In this document: in pieces, positions 1-8,515 of the stretch
Layout of the letters: every line of letters begins with the position of its first letter
Numbering within the stretch: the stretch's first letter is position 1
From: an uncultured Bacteroidota bacterium
GTDB lineage: Bacteria > CLD3 > SB21
Direction: 5' to 3'
Assembly (NCBI GenBank): GCA_964535295.1
Contig: CAZHUW010000004.1
Location: 1 to 25,396 of the forward strand
Length of the DNA: 25,396 nucleotides
Position numbers and translations under genes: made by a program
The notes under the pieces: model-generated
What the model saw: only the letters and a program-made list of their open reading frames with translations
Told to the model about the DNA's origin: nothing
The model's database searches: none

Positions 1-1161
1 GCACTCCTGGAAAAAGACGATCAGTTGGGTCTCTCGAAAATGTTGTGCCTTCTTTTAAAAGCGGGTACGCCGACCCGTTCGGCAGTTGCGATTGCGGATG
101 AGTTGGATTTTATGGGAACGTCGCTTCAGTTCAGCCCGCATTACGACGCCGTATTTTTTTCATTGTCTTGTTTAAGTAAATATTTCGAACAAAGCTTGGA
201 TACGGCCGCCGATCTGCTATTTCATTCTGATTTTCCAGAAAATGAGATCGCACGGGTTCGCCGTACGGCTTTAGCCGCGCTAAGACGTAAGGCCGATCAG
301 CCGGCTCAGGTTGCAGCGGATAAATTCAATGAGACCGTTTATCAAAACCACCCGTATCGATTTTCCCTGGACGGGTATGAGCACACGTTGGCAGGTTTGA
401 CACGTGATGACTTATTATCGCAGCATAAGAACATCATGGTTTCGCAAAACATCATTTTAACGGCTGTCGGAGATATTGATACCGAAAAACTTTTGAAACT
501 CATACAAAGTTATTTTGATCTTCCGGCAACGAAAATCGAGCGTGCCCAATGCACCGAAGTAATGAAAAAAAGCCTCAACGAATTGCATTTTATTCCACGT
601 GATATTACACAAGCGAATATATGTATGGGTAACATTGCCTCAAAACGTAAATCGGATGACCATTATGCCTCCCTGATTATGAATTATATTCTAGGCGGTT
701 CAGGACTCACTTCGCGGTTGACCCATCGTATCCGGACGCAGTACGGACTGGCATACTCCGTATATTCTTCGATGTCCCATCGGTTGTTAGGAGGTACTTT
801 TTCGGTCCGAATGCAGACCAAAACAGAAAATGCAGGATTGGCGGTCCAAACGATTCGAGACGAATTGCGCAGAATGCAGGATTCGCAAATTACGGATGAA
901 GAAATCCAGGACGCTAAGAATTTTTTTAAGGGGCATTTCCCGTTCCGCATTGAAACCATTGAGAACGAAGCGGCTTATCTTGAAATGTCTGAATTCTACG
1001 GACTGGGACTCGATTACCTGGACTATGAAACAGAGTTTATCGAAAAGGTGACCAAAACGGATATTCAATTAGTCGCCCAAAAATATCTTAGTCCGGATTC
1101 ATTCGTACTGTCGGTTGCAGGCAAAGAGGCGGAATTAAAAAATCAATTTAAAGACAGGTAA
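1..1161 (+). CDS. M16-family (insulinase-like) zinc peptidase, C-terminal portion. The reading frame is open to the window edge, so the gene is 5'-truncated.
   Basis: Frame 1 has no stop from nt 1. The domain architecture looks like the non-catalytic C-terminal half of M16 peptidases. The stop TAA at 1159-1161 is immediately followed by the ABC gene. Confidence 0.75.
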   Translation, partial: ALLEKDDQLGLSKMLCLLLKAGTPTRSAVAIADELDFMGTSLQFSPHYDAVFFSLSCLSKYFEQSLDTAADLLFHSDFPENEIARVRRTALAALRRKADQPAQVAADKFNETVYQNHPYRFSLDGYEHTLAGLTRDDLLSQHKNIMVSQNIILTAVGDIDTEKLLKLIQSYFDLPATKIERAQCTEVMKKSLNELHFIPRDITQANICMGNIASKRKSDDHYASLIMNYILGGSGLTSRLTHRIRTQYGLAYSVYSSMSHRLLGGTFSVRMQTKTENAGLAVQTIRDELRRMQDSQITDEEIQDAKNFFKGHFPFRIETIENEAAYLEMSEFYGLGLDYLDYETEFIEKVTKTDIQLVAQKYLSPDSFVLSVAGKEAELKNQFKDR

Positions 1162-1163
1162 GT

Positions 1164-2975
1164 ATGCAGGAAGATGAGGTCATGGGTAAAGCTTACGATG
1201 GACGCCTGATGCGGCGTTTGTTGAAGTTTGCCCTGCCTTATAAATATATGTTACTAGGCTCTATCCTGCTACTGATCGCGGCACAAGCTTTCAGCGCCTA
1301 CCGGCCCAAGATCATCCAGGAAGCCATCGACAACGCAATTGTTACGGGTGACCTGAACCGATTGCATCTCTATGCTTTGTATTTTGTGGGTCTGCTGATC
1401 GGCGAATTCATTCTACAATACAGTGTGATCTATCTTACTCAACTGATGGGGCAGAGGATCATATTCGATCTGCGAATGAAATTGTATGCACATTTGGAAG
1501 GGCTGCATCTGCAATTTTTCGACCGTAATCCAGTTGGACGCCTTATCACGCGTGTCACTTCGGATATCGAGTCGCTGAATGAGATGTTTACATCGGGGCT
1601 CGTGTACCTTTTCGGCGATCTTTTTCTACTGTTAGGCATCATCGTATTCATGTTTACGCTCAGCACAAAACTTACAATAGTCACGCTCATCGTCCTTCCT
1701 TTTATTTTCTACATCTCCGTAGTATTTAAAACAAAAGTCAGGGTCAGCTACCGGGAAGTTCGCCTCAAGATATCGGCGCTCAATTCATACATTCAGGAAA
1801 ACATCACCGGCGTGAGTACCGTTCAGATCTTCAACAGAGAAAAGAAGAATTTTGGACGATTTGACGAACTGAACCAAAGCCTCACCCGGTCGCACGTGGA
1901 TTCCATATTCCATTATGCCTGGTTCTATCCGGCAATCAATTTTGCCAGTTCATCAGCCATCGGTCTGCTTTTGTGGTACGGCGGCGGTGAGATCGTGAGT
2001 CAAAACATCACAAAAGGCGAATTGATCGCTTTCATTTTTTACGCGCAATTGTTTTTCAGGCCGATACAGGATCTGAGCGACAAGTATAATATACTCCAGA
2101 CGGCTATGGCGTCGTCCGAGCGCGTTTTCAAATTGATCGATACGCCGAGCCAGATCGTCAATGAAGGCCAACCGGAAGTCTTAGGCGAACTCAACGGCCG
2201 GATCGAATTCAAAAGTGTATATTTTGCATACGATACAAAGCATGTAAAATCCGAGTCGGATTATATACTCAAAGATGTGAGTTTTATTGTCGAACCGGGA
2301 CAGAGTATTGCGCTGGTAGGTGCGACCGGGGCGGGAAAAAGTACCATTATCAATTTAGTTTCCAGGTTCTATGACATTAACCAGGGGCAAATACTGATTG
2401 ATGGAAAAGATATCCGAAAACTGGAAGAACTCGAGCTTCGCAGGAACATTGCAGTCGTTCTCCAGGATGTGTTTCTGTTCTCGGGGAACATCCTGGATAA
2501 TATCCGTCTGGGGCGAACGGATATTTCTCGTGAACAGGTTATTGCGGCGTCCAGAATGGTCGGTGCGGATTCTTTTATAACGGCACTTCCTGGCGGTTAT
2601 GATGAGCCGGTCCAGGAAAGAGGTAGTACCTTATCCGTTGGTCAACGGCAGTTGATCTCTCTGGCCCGCGCACTGGTGATCGATCCCAAAATTCTGGTTT
2701 TGGATGAAGCTACGTCCAGTATTGATACCGAAACGGAGCAACTGATTCAAGCCGCTATTGGTAAATTGATGGCGGGACGGACATCCATTATCATTGCCCA
2801 CCGGCTTTCCACAATACGGCACGTGGATCAGATTATGGTAATGCATAAAGGCCGGATTCGCGAACGGGGGACGCATGAGGAATTATTGGCACAAGGGGGG
2901 ATCTATTACAAATTATATCAACTTCAATATAAGGACCAGGAAATTCCAATTCGCACACAAGGCGTCAGCCTGTAA
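1164..2975 (+). CDS. Fused ABC exporter (6-TM permease plus ATPase), MsbA/lipid-A-exporter-like
   Basis: Hydrophobic N-terminal half. Walker A GATGAGKST, ABC signature LSVGQRQ, Walker B ILVLDEATS and H-loop IAHRLST are all present. The start lies 2 nt after the M16 peptidase stop. Confidence 0.9.
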   Translation: MQEDEVMGKAYDGRLMRRLLKFALPYKYMLLGSILLLIAAQAFSAYRPKIIQEAIDNAIVTGDLNRLHLYALYFVGLLIGEFILQYSVIYLTQLMGQRIIFDLRMKLYAHLEGLHLQFFDRNPVGRLITRVTSDIESLNEMFTSGLVYLFGDLFLLLGIIVFMFTLSTKLTIVTLIVLPFIFYISVVFKTKVRVSYREVRLKISALNSYIQENITGVSTVQIFNREKKNFGRFDELNQSLTRSHVDSIFHYAWFYPAINFASSSAIGLLLWYGGGEIVSQNITKGELIAFIFYAQLFFRPIQDLSDKYNILQTAMASSERVFKLIDTPSQIVNEGQPEVLGELNGRIEFKSVYFAYDTKHVKSESDYILKDVSFIVEPGQSIALVGATGAGKSTIINLVSRFYDINQGQILIDGKDIRKLEELELRRNIAVVLQDVFLFSGNILDNIRLGRTDISREQVIAASRMVGADSFITALPGGYDEPVQERGSTLSVGQRQLISLARALVIDPKILVLDEATSSIDTETEQLIQAAIGKLMAGRTSIIIAHRLSTIRHVDQIMVMHKGRIRERGTHEELLAQGGIYYKLYQLQYKDQEIPIRTQGVSL

Positions 2976-4503
2976 CACGCTCTGGAACGTTTTCCGAAAG
3001 AGTTTGTTGATCTGCGGGCTGGTAACATGGTAGGGAGAATGAAAATAAAGAACCTTTTCCTAATTCACTTTCGACATTAATCTTCCCCTCATGCTGCTGA
3101 ATGATCTCTTTTACAAAAGCCAGTCCTAATCCCGTCCCTTCAATATCTTTTAAATTCTTGTCTTCTTTTGCCCTGAAGAACTTCTGAAAGAGATAATTCA
3201 TGTTTTCTTTTGAAATACCGAAACCGGTATCGCGTACCTCAACGAGTACCGATTTCTTTTGGCTTTTAACCGTGATTGAGATCTCGGAATTTTCAGGGCT
3301 GTATTTGACCGCGTTGGAGAACAAATTCAGTGCTACCTGTCCGATCAGATCCGGGTCAACTAAAACGAGGGGAACAGATTCGAAAGACGTATGTACACGT
3401 ATGTTCCTTTTGTATGCCAAATGGGAGTTGACGGTGAGCATATTGGAAATAACGGTTACTATGTCCACGGGTATCTTTGTTAGCGGGGTTTGTCCGCTTT
3501 CGATGCGGCTGATATCAAGGAATTTATTGATTAGATCGGCCAGCCTCCCCGATTCGTAATGAATGATGTCGACGTATTCTTTTTTTGTGGCGGCCGGCAA
3601 TTCAGGGTCTTTCAAAATCTCGCTGAAACCGGCAATGGAAGTGAGCGGCGATCGCAGTTCATGCGCAACGACATGAACCAGTTCGGTTTTTAACTTATCC
3701 ACTTCCTTTTCTTTGGTGATATTGCGCAAAACGATCACGATGGCGATCAAATCAAAATTATCCATGACCTTTGACGCATGCGCAGCCAAAACGATATTCG
3801 CAGCGCCATGATCGGGATGTATCTCGACCTCCTCTTTGAAGATCTCGTTGGAATTACTTTGTTTGGTCTTGGCGGTCAAAAATTTAAGTTCCGGAAAGAA
3901 GAAGGAAAGGGAACAGCCGTGCACATCCTTTTCCTTGATATTGAACCAGTCTTCAATAACGTCATTAAGCAACAGGATCTCATCCAGTTCGCTGACCACG
4001 ATCACGCCGTCGGCAATATTCCTGAGAATCGCCTCGGTTTTTATCTTCTCACGAATGATTTCATTGATATTGATCTGGTATATACGTTTCAGTTCGAGCG
4101 TCATATAGTTAAATATGCGCGACAATTGAATGATCTCTTCGCTGCTCTGCACATTGACCTTGTGATCAAAATTACCACGCGCGATCTCTTTGGCGCTTTC
4201 GATGAACTGACGTATCGGCGTGGCGATCTCTTGTGCCGTAAACTTGGCGGTGAGATAGGAAAAGATCAGGGCAAAACAGACGGGAATCACCAGTATCCAA
4301 AACAAACGGTATGGGAGATCCTGGAGATCCATCCAGCGCATGATCAGTTCAATAACACCTAAGGTGGCGAGCATAACGGGAAAAATGATCGCAAAAATGC
4401 GGTTGAAAACACTGGACCTCCGCATTTTCCCGCGAACTTTTTTAAACGGATTAGGCATGTATAACCGTACAAAAAATACCCCGGTAAATCCGAGGTCATT
4501 CAT
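2965..4503 (-). CDS. Membrane-anchored sensor histidine kinase (2 TM, HAMP, PAS-like, HisKA, HATPase_c). No cognate response regulator is in the window.
   Basis: H-box HELRSPLTSI, N-box LFSNAVKYS, G1 DTGFGI and G2 GTGLGLAFV are present. There are two N-terminal hydrophobic helices with almost no periplasmic loop, then a HAMP-like segment. The start ATG is revcomp of 4501-4503 and overlaps the stop of the upstream 74-aa ORF (TAATG). Confidence 0.9.
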   Translation of the reverse strand: MNDLGFTGVFFVRLYMPNPFKKVRGKMRRSSVFNRIFAIIFPVMLATLGVIELIMRWMDLQDLPYRLFWILVIPVCFALIFSYLTAKFTAQEIATPIRQFIESAKEIARGNFDHKVNVQSSEEIIQLSRIFNYMTLELKRIYQININEIIREKIKTEAILRNIADGVIVVSELDEILLLNDVIEDWFNIKEKDVHGCSLSFFFPELKFLTAKTKQSNSNEIFKEEVEIHPDHGAANIVLAAHASKVMDNFDLIAIVIVLRNITKEKEVDKLKTELVHVVAHELRSPLTSIAGFSEILKDPELPAATKKEYVDIIHYESGRLADLINKFLDISRIESGQTPLTKIPVDIVTVISNMLTVNSHLAYKRNIRVHTSFESVPLVLVDPDLIGQVALNLFSNAVKYSPENSEISITVKSQKKSVLVEVRDTGFGISKENMNYLFQKFFRAKEDKNLKDIEGTGLGLAFVKEIIQQHEGKINVESELGKGSLFSFSLPCYQPADQQTLSENVPERVTG

Positions 4504-4727
4504 TATTCTTTGAATATTTTTTCTAGTTCCGTGATTAGTTCGTCCCGGTTGGCTTTGGATATTTCACGGCCTTTTAGAGGGAAGTTTGGAATCGTTCGGG
4601 CGAGTTTCCGTAAATTTATGACATTGAAGGAGTGATAATCCTCGTCAGGTTTGGTTAATTTCTTTTTCTTGAGTATAGATTCGTCTTTTTGAACCGATCG
4701 AAATAGCTCCTGTTGAGCTAAGGTCAT
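4503..4727 (-). CDS. Hypothetical 74-aa Lys/Glu-rich protein with no recognisable domain. It is translationally coupled on both sides (BMC-H upstream, histidine kinase downstream).
   Basis: ORF with ATG (revcomp of 4725-4727) overlapping the BMC-H stop as TAATG. Its own stop overlaps the kinase ATG as TAATG. No motif recognised. Confidence 0.5.
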   Translation of the reverse strand: MTLAQQELFRSVQKDESILKKKKLTKPDEDYHSFNVINLRKLARTIPNFPLKGREISKANRDELITELEKIFKE

Positions 4728-5056
4728 TAATTCAGTTTTTTTTTTACGCCGCTACTGTTTTCATAGGGCATTGGCGGGGGCGCGTCTTCATAAACGATTG
4801 ACTCGGTCATTTCATCGGGCCTTGGGATGATATGTACCGAAACGACCTGTCCCACACGCCTTGCTGCTGCTTCACCTGCGGCAACGGAAGCCTGGACGGC
4901 GCCGACTTCACCAACCACTTTGATCGTAACCATGGCTCCGTCTGTAAGTTCTTTGCCGATCAACTTGACATTGGACGCCTTTATCATCGCATCGGCAGCT
5001 TCGATTGCGCCAACAAGACCGAGCGTTTCTACCATTCCTAATGCACGTTCTTCCAT
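4727..5056 (-). CDS. BMC-H shell protein (PduA/EutM/CcmK family, PF00936-type) with a ~30-aa Pro-rich C-terminal extension
   Basis: Canonical motif [26 protein letters not shown]...VHIIPRP. ATG at revcomp 5054-5056 is preceded by an AAGGAAA ribosome-binding site. C-terminal tail ...YEDAPPPMPYENSSGVKKKLN. Confidence 0.9.
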   Translation of the reverse strand: MEERALGMVETLGLVGAIEAADAMIKASNVKLIGKELTDGAMVTIKVVGEVGAVQASVAAGEAAARRVGQVVSVHIIPRPDEMTESIVYEDAPPPMPYENSSGVKKKLN

Positions 5057-5078
5057 CCGTGGCTTTCCTTAAATTAAA

Positions 5079-5360
5079 TTACGCGCCTTTTTTGGGAAGA
5101 ATAATTTCCACTTCAGGGTGCGGTCTCGGAATGACATGCACCGATACCAATTCACCCACTTTTTCAGCGGCTGCAGCACCGGCGTCCGTCGCGGCCTTCA
5201 CAGCACCGACGTCTCCGCGGACCATCACGGTTACATATCCGCCGCCAATCTTCTCTTTGCCGATCAGTTCTACTTTGGCGGCCTTTACCATGGCATCCGC
5301 CGCTTCGATTGCGCCGACCAGGCCCTTTGTTTCAACCATTCCAAGTGCATCAAGTGCCAT
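5079..5360 (-). CDS. BMC-H shell protein, very PduA-like
   Basis: [81 protein letters not shown] is near-identical in pattern to PduA/EutM. ATG at revcomp 5358-5360 sits 7 nt after a GGAGG ribosome-binding site. The ORF track's TTG at 5366 is less likely. Confidence 0.92.
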   Translation of the reverse strand: MALDALGMVETKGLVGAIEAADAMVKAAKVELIGKEKIGGGYVTVMVRGDVGAVKAATDAGAAAAEKVGELVSVHVIPRPHPEVEIILPKKGA

Positions 5361-5591
5361 TGTCAATCCTCCTAAAGAAAAATTAAGTTATATGTGTTGG
5401 GTATAGAAAACGTAAGTTGAGTAAATGTTAATTTCGAAAGGTTCTTATTAACAAAAAAGGTTAATCAAATCTCCCGTGAAAGTCAATTAGATTTTTGCAA
5501 CCTTTCAAGCTATTGATTTTCACTTTCTTTTCGCACGCCAAACACATAATAGAGCGCGGCGAATTGACCCAAATATTATTCAACAATTTTC

Positions 5592-5620
5592 TTGCATTCT
5601 GAAAGTGTGTTTATTATATT
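5592..5620 (+). promoter_or_regulatory. Candidate sigma-70-type promoter for rplM (TTGCAT, 17 nt spacer, TATATT)
   Basis: Read directly at 5592-5597 and 5615-5620, about 60 nt upstream of the rplM start. If the organism uses a Bacteroidetes-type promoter consensus this call is moot. Confidence 0.3.
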
Positions 5621-5680
5621 GGTCGCCCAAAATGCTGATAAGTTTAATATTTTTATAGATAATGCATAAGGAGTACAAGC

Positions 5681-6121
5681 GTGAAAATCTCATTTAAAAC
5701 AGCGATGCCGAAAGCGGAAACGATTGAACGCAAGTGGTATATCGTGGATGCAGCAGACCAAACCCTGGGCCGGTTTGCCACCCGGGTTGCCACCATATTG
5801 AATGGAAAAAACAAGTCCTACTTTGCGCCCCATGTCGATTGCGGAGATCATGTGATCATTCTGAACGCGTCCAAGATCCGGTTGACCGGCAAAAAAGCTA
5901 AACTGAAAGAATACGTACGCAATACGATGTATCCGGGCGGTAATCGTGTCGAGAAATTCGAAGATCTGATCCGTACCAATCCGGAAAAGATCCTGTATGC
6001 CGCCATTCACGGTATGCTTCCGAAGAATCGGCTCGGCAGCGAAATGATCAAGAAACTCAAGGTCTATGCGGATGACAAACATCCCCATTCCGCACAGAAT
6101 CCTGAACCGTTGAAATTTTAA
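5681..6121 (+). CDS. rplM: 50S ribosomal protein L13
   Basis: KWYIVDAADQTLGRFATRVATILNGK... is typical of L13. GTG start with an AAGGAG ribosome-binding site. Confidence 0.95.
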   Translation: MKISFKTAMPKAETIERKWYIVDAADQTLGRFATRVATILNGKNKSYFAPHVDCGDHVIILNASKIRLTGKKAKLKEYVRNTMYPGGNRVEKFEDLIRTNPEKILYAAIHGMLPKNRLGSEMIKKLKVYADDKHPHSAQNPEPLKF

Positions 6122-6152
6122 GTTTAATATATAAATCACACGAGGAGCTTAT

Positions 6153-6542
6153 ATGAGTACGACCATCGTTGCAATCGGTCGAAGAAAGACATCCAATGCG
6201 CGCGTCATGCTGGTTTCCGGTAACGGCAAGATCACAGTGAACCGCAAGGACATCAAGGTTTTTTTTCCGCGCGAATCCCATCAATTACACGTAGAAGAGC
6301 CTTTGAAAGCGGTGGAAGTGGGTGCTAAGTATGATGTGATCGCGAATGTACGCGGCGGCGGCCAAACCGGTCAAGCCGGCGCGATCCGATTGGGTATTGC
6401 GCGCGCCCTGGTAAAAGTGGATGAGGAGTTAAAGAAAGCACTAAAACCGCTGGGTGTGATGAGCCGCGATCCCCGTATGAAAGAACGTCGTAAATACGGT
6501 CTTGCGAAGGCCCGTAAACGTTACCAGTTCTCGAAACGTTAA
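6153..6542 (+). CDS. rpsI: 30S ribosomal protein S9
   Basis: Typical S9 C-terminus ...GLAKARKRYQFSKR. GAGGAG ribosome-binding site. Confidence 0.95.
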   Translation: MSTTIVAIGRRKTSNARVMLVSGNGKITVNRKDIKVFFPRESHQLHVEEPLKAVEVGAKYDVIANVRGGGQTGQAGAIRLGIARALVKVDEELKKALKPLGVMSRDPRMKERRKYGLAKARKRYQFSKR

Positions 6543-6586
6543 TCGTTTATTTATTATTTATCTTAACACTAATCACACTTTTTGAT

Positions 6587-6624
6587 TTGACTGGGGGTGT
6601 ACGCTTCCGGCGTATTCCAGTCAA
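6587..6624 (+). promoter_or_regulatory. Compound stem-loop in the rpsB 5' leader. It is not followed by a U-tract, so it is a candidate autoregulatory leader structure rather than a terminator.
   Basis: TTGACTGG (6587-6594) pairs with CCAGTCAA (6617-6624). Inner TACGC (6599-6603) pairs with GCGTA (6611-6615). Confidence 0.3.
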
Positions 6625-6666
6625 AGAAGATAAAAGTGGTAGGTTAACCCATTAAGGAGTAGAACC

Positions 6667-7518
6667 ATGTCTCAGGAAAAAGCCCTTTTCGATCCGAAAC
6701 AGAAGCTGGAAGAACTGCTCACTGCAGGCGTCCACTTCGGTCATTTGACCCGCCGTTGGAACCCAAAGATGAAACCGTTCATTTTTATGGAAAAGAACGG
6801 TATTCACATCATGGACCTCAAGAAGACCGTTTCCTCTCTTGAAGATGCCTGCAAGGCGATCAGCAAGATCGTGGCGAACGGCGAAAAGGTTCTTTTCGTA
6901 GGAACTAAGAAACAAGCCAAAGAGATCGTCAAAGCCGAATCCGTGCGCGCGGGCGTATTTTATGTGACGGAACGTTGGTTAGGCGGTATGCTTACCAATT
7001 TCTCCACGATCCGCAAGAGCATCAAGCACATGAAGAATATTGAAAAGAAGGAGAGCGACGGTACTTTTGAGAAGATCACCAAAAAAGAACGCCTCATGCT
7101 GGAACGCGCCAAACTAAAGCTCAAAGCTGTTCTGGAAGGTATCGAAGATATGCGTCAGTTACCTGGCGCCGTTTTTGTAGTGGATACGAAGAAAGAACAC
7201 ATTGCCGTCAAAGAAGCGAATATTCTCGGTATTCCCGTATTTGCCATTGTTGATACTAATTGCGATCCGGACCAAGTGCAGTTCGTAATTCCTGGTAACG
7301 ATGATGCCGCAAAATCTATACAGGTTATAACCAAGACGATCGCAGATGCGGTTGTCGATGCCAGCCAGCATGTAGTGGCTGTTGCCAAAGATGCCCCGGC
7401 TGAGGTAGATGAAGAAAGACTCAAAGACGAGACCCGTATGAAATATGAAGAAGACGCTCGATTTGAGAAGTTGAAAGCTCAGGCCGAAAAAGATGCTTTG
7501 GGCAAAGACGTACAATAA
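6667..7518 (+). CDS. rpsB: 30S ribosomal protein S2
   Basis: [24 protein letters not shown]... is characteristic of S2. AAGGAG ribosome-binding site. Confidence 0.95.
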   Translation: MSQEKALFDPKQKLEELLTAGVHFGHLTRRWNPKMKPFIFMEKNGIHIMDLKKTVSSLEDACKAISKIVANGEKVLFVGTKKQAKEIVKAESVRAGVFYVTERWLGGMLTNFSTIRKSIKHMKNIEKKESDGTFEKITKKERLMLERAKLKLKAVLEGIEDMRQLPGAVFVVDTKKEHIAVKEANILGIPVFAIVDTNCDPDQVQFVIPGNDDAAKSIQVITKTIADAVVDASQHVVAVAKDAPAEVDEERLKDETRMKYEEDARFEKLKAQAEKDALGKDVQ

Positions 7519-7560
7519 TTGATCATCAAGAATTAAATTTGTTTGTAAAGGAGTCATTGG

Positions 7561-8442
7561 ATGAGTACGGAAATTAGCGCCTCAGTTGTGATGCAACTCA
7601 GGGAAAAGACCGGCGCAGGAATGATGGATTGTAAAAAAGCCCTGACCGAGGCGGGCGGCGATCCTGAAAAAGCGATCGAGATACTTCGTCAAAAAGGTTT
7701 GAAAAAAAGCGCGGAAAAAGCATCGCGCGTGGCCAAAGAAGGTACCATCCTTGCGAAAGTTAACGGCGACCTCAATTTCGGCGCGATGGTGGAGATCAAT
7801 TGCGAAACCGATTTTGTGGCCAAAAATGATGATTTCGTCAAATTCACAAAGAATGTATTAGAACAGGTTTATCAGACAAAACCCGCTGATCTCGACGCGT
7901 TCCTGAACGCGCAGGCAACGTACGATGCCGGACACACGGTGGCCGATACATCAGGCGCGCTGACAGGCAAGATTGGCGAGAAAATCGCAATCAAACGGTT
8001 TGCCTGTCTCGAAACAAAAAGCGGCGTTATTGCGGAATATATTCACCCGGGGAATAAACTCGGCGTATTGGTTCAAATGGAAGTAGAGGGTTATGCTGCT
8101 GCCATGAAGGAAGAAACACATCGCCTGGCGCACGATATCGCGATGCAGGCGGCGGCCATGAATCCGGCTTACGTCAATCGTACGGAAGTTCCTCAGGACG
8201 TAATAGAAAAAGAGATGGCGATCTTGCGCGAACAGGGCAAGACCGAAGGCAAACCTGAAAAAGTGATGGAGAACATTATCAAAGGACGGATGGAGAAATT
8301 CTATCAGGAAGTCTGTTTGAACGAACAGATCTTTGTGAAGGACTCTGCCAAAACGATCAAAGAACTGGTCGCCGATTATTCCAAGAAACTCGGCAAGCCG
8401 GTGACCATACACAAATTTGAGCGCTTTCGATTAGGCGAATAG
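7561..8442 (+). CDS. tsf: Elongation factor Ts
   Basis: LREKTGAGMMDCKKAL is the EF-Ts signature. Conserved position downstream of rpsB. Confidence 0.95.
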   Translation: MSTEISASVVMQLREKTGAGMMDCKKALTEAGGDPEKAIEILRQKGLKKSAEKASRVAKEGTILAKVNGDLNFGAMVEINCETDFVAKNDDFVKFTKNVLEQVYQTKPADLDAFLNAQATYDAGHTVADTSGALTGKIGEKIAIKRFACLETKSGVIAEYIHPGNKLGVLVQMEVEGYAAAMKEETHRLAHDIAMQAAAMNPAYVNRTEVPQDVIEKEMAILREQGKTEGKPEKVMENIIKGRMEKFYQEVCLNEQIFVKDSAKTIKELVADYSKKLGKPVTIHKFERFRLGE

Positions 8443-8451
8443 TTAAAACAG

Positions 8452-8482
8452 AAACCACGGATTTTTATTCGTGGTTTTTTTA
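8452..8482 (+). terminator. Rho-independent terminator after tsf
   Basis: AAACCACG, 10-nt loop, CGTGGTTT, then TTTTT. Confidence 0.7.
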
Positions 8483-8515
8483 TATCCCAACTTTTTAGAA
8501 CAAGGAAATGACCCT

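Noticed and set aside
684-2876. Short antisense or out-of-frame ORFs inside the M16 peptidase and ABC genes (684-959, 787-1068, 830-1051, 1439-1690, 1953-2171, 2398-2580, 2631-2876)
   Set aside because: They are fully contained in longer genes with clear family motifs. They have no ribosome-binding sites and no recognisable domains.
3200-4362. Plus-strand ORFs 3200-3559, 3778-4362 and 3836-4108 inside the histidine kinase gene
   Set aside because: Antisense to a gene with complete H, N, G1 and G2 boxes, and of low-complexity composition. Spurious.
4827-5406. Four ORFs (4827-5072, 4832-5041, 5005-5406, 5118-5375) on the plus strand rich in Ala/Thr/Ser/Pro
   Set aside because: They are antisense to the two Ala/Gly/Val-rich BMC-H genes, which produces long open Ala/Thr-rich frames. 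The minus-strand frames carry the unmistakable PduA motifs, so the plus-strand ORFs are spurious.
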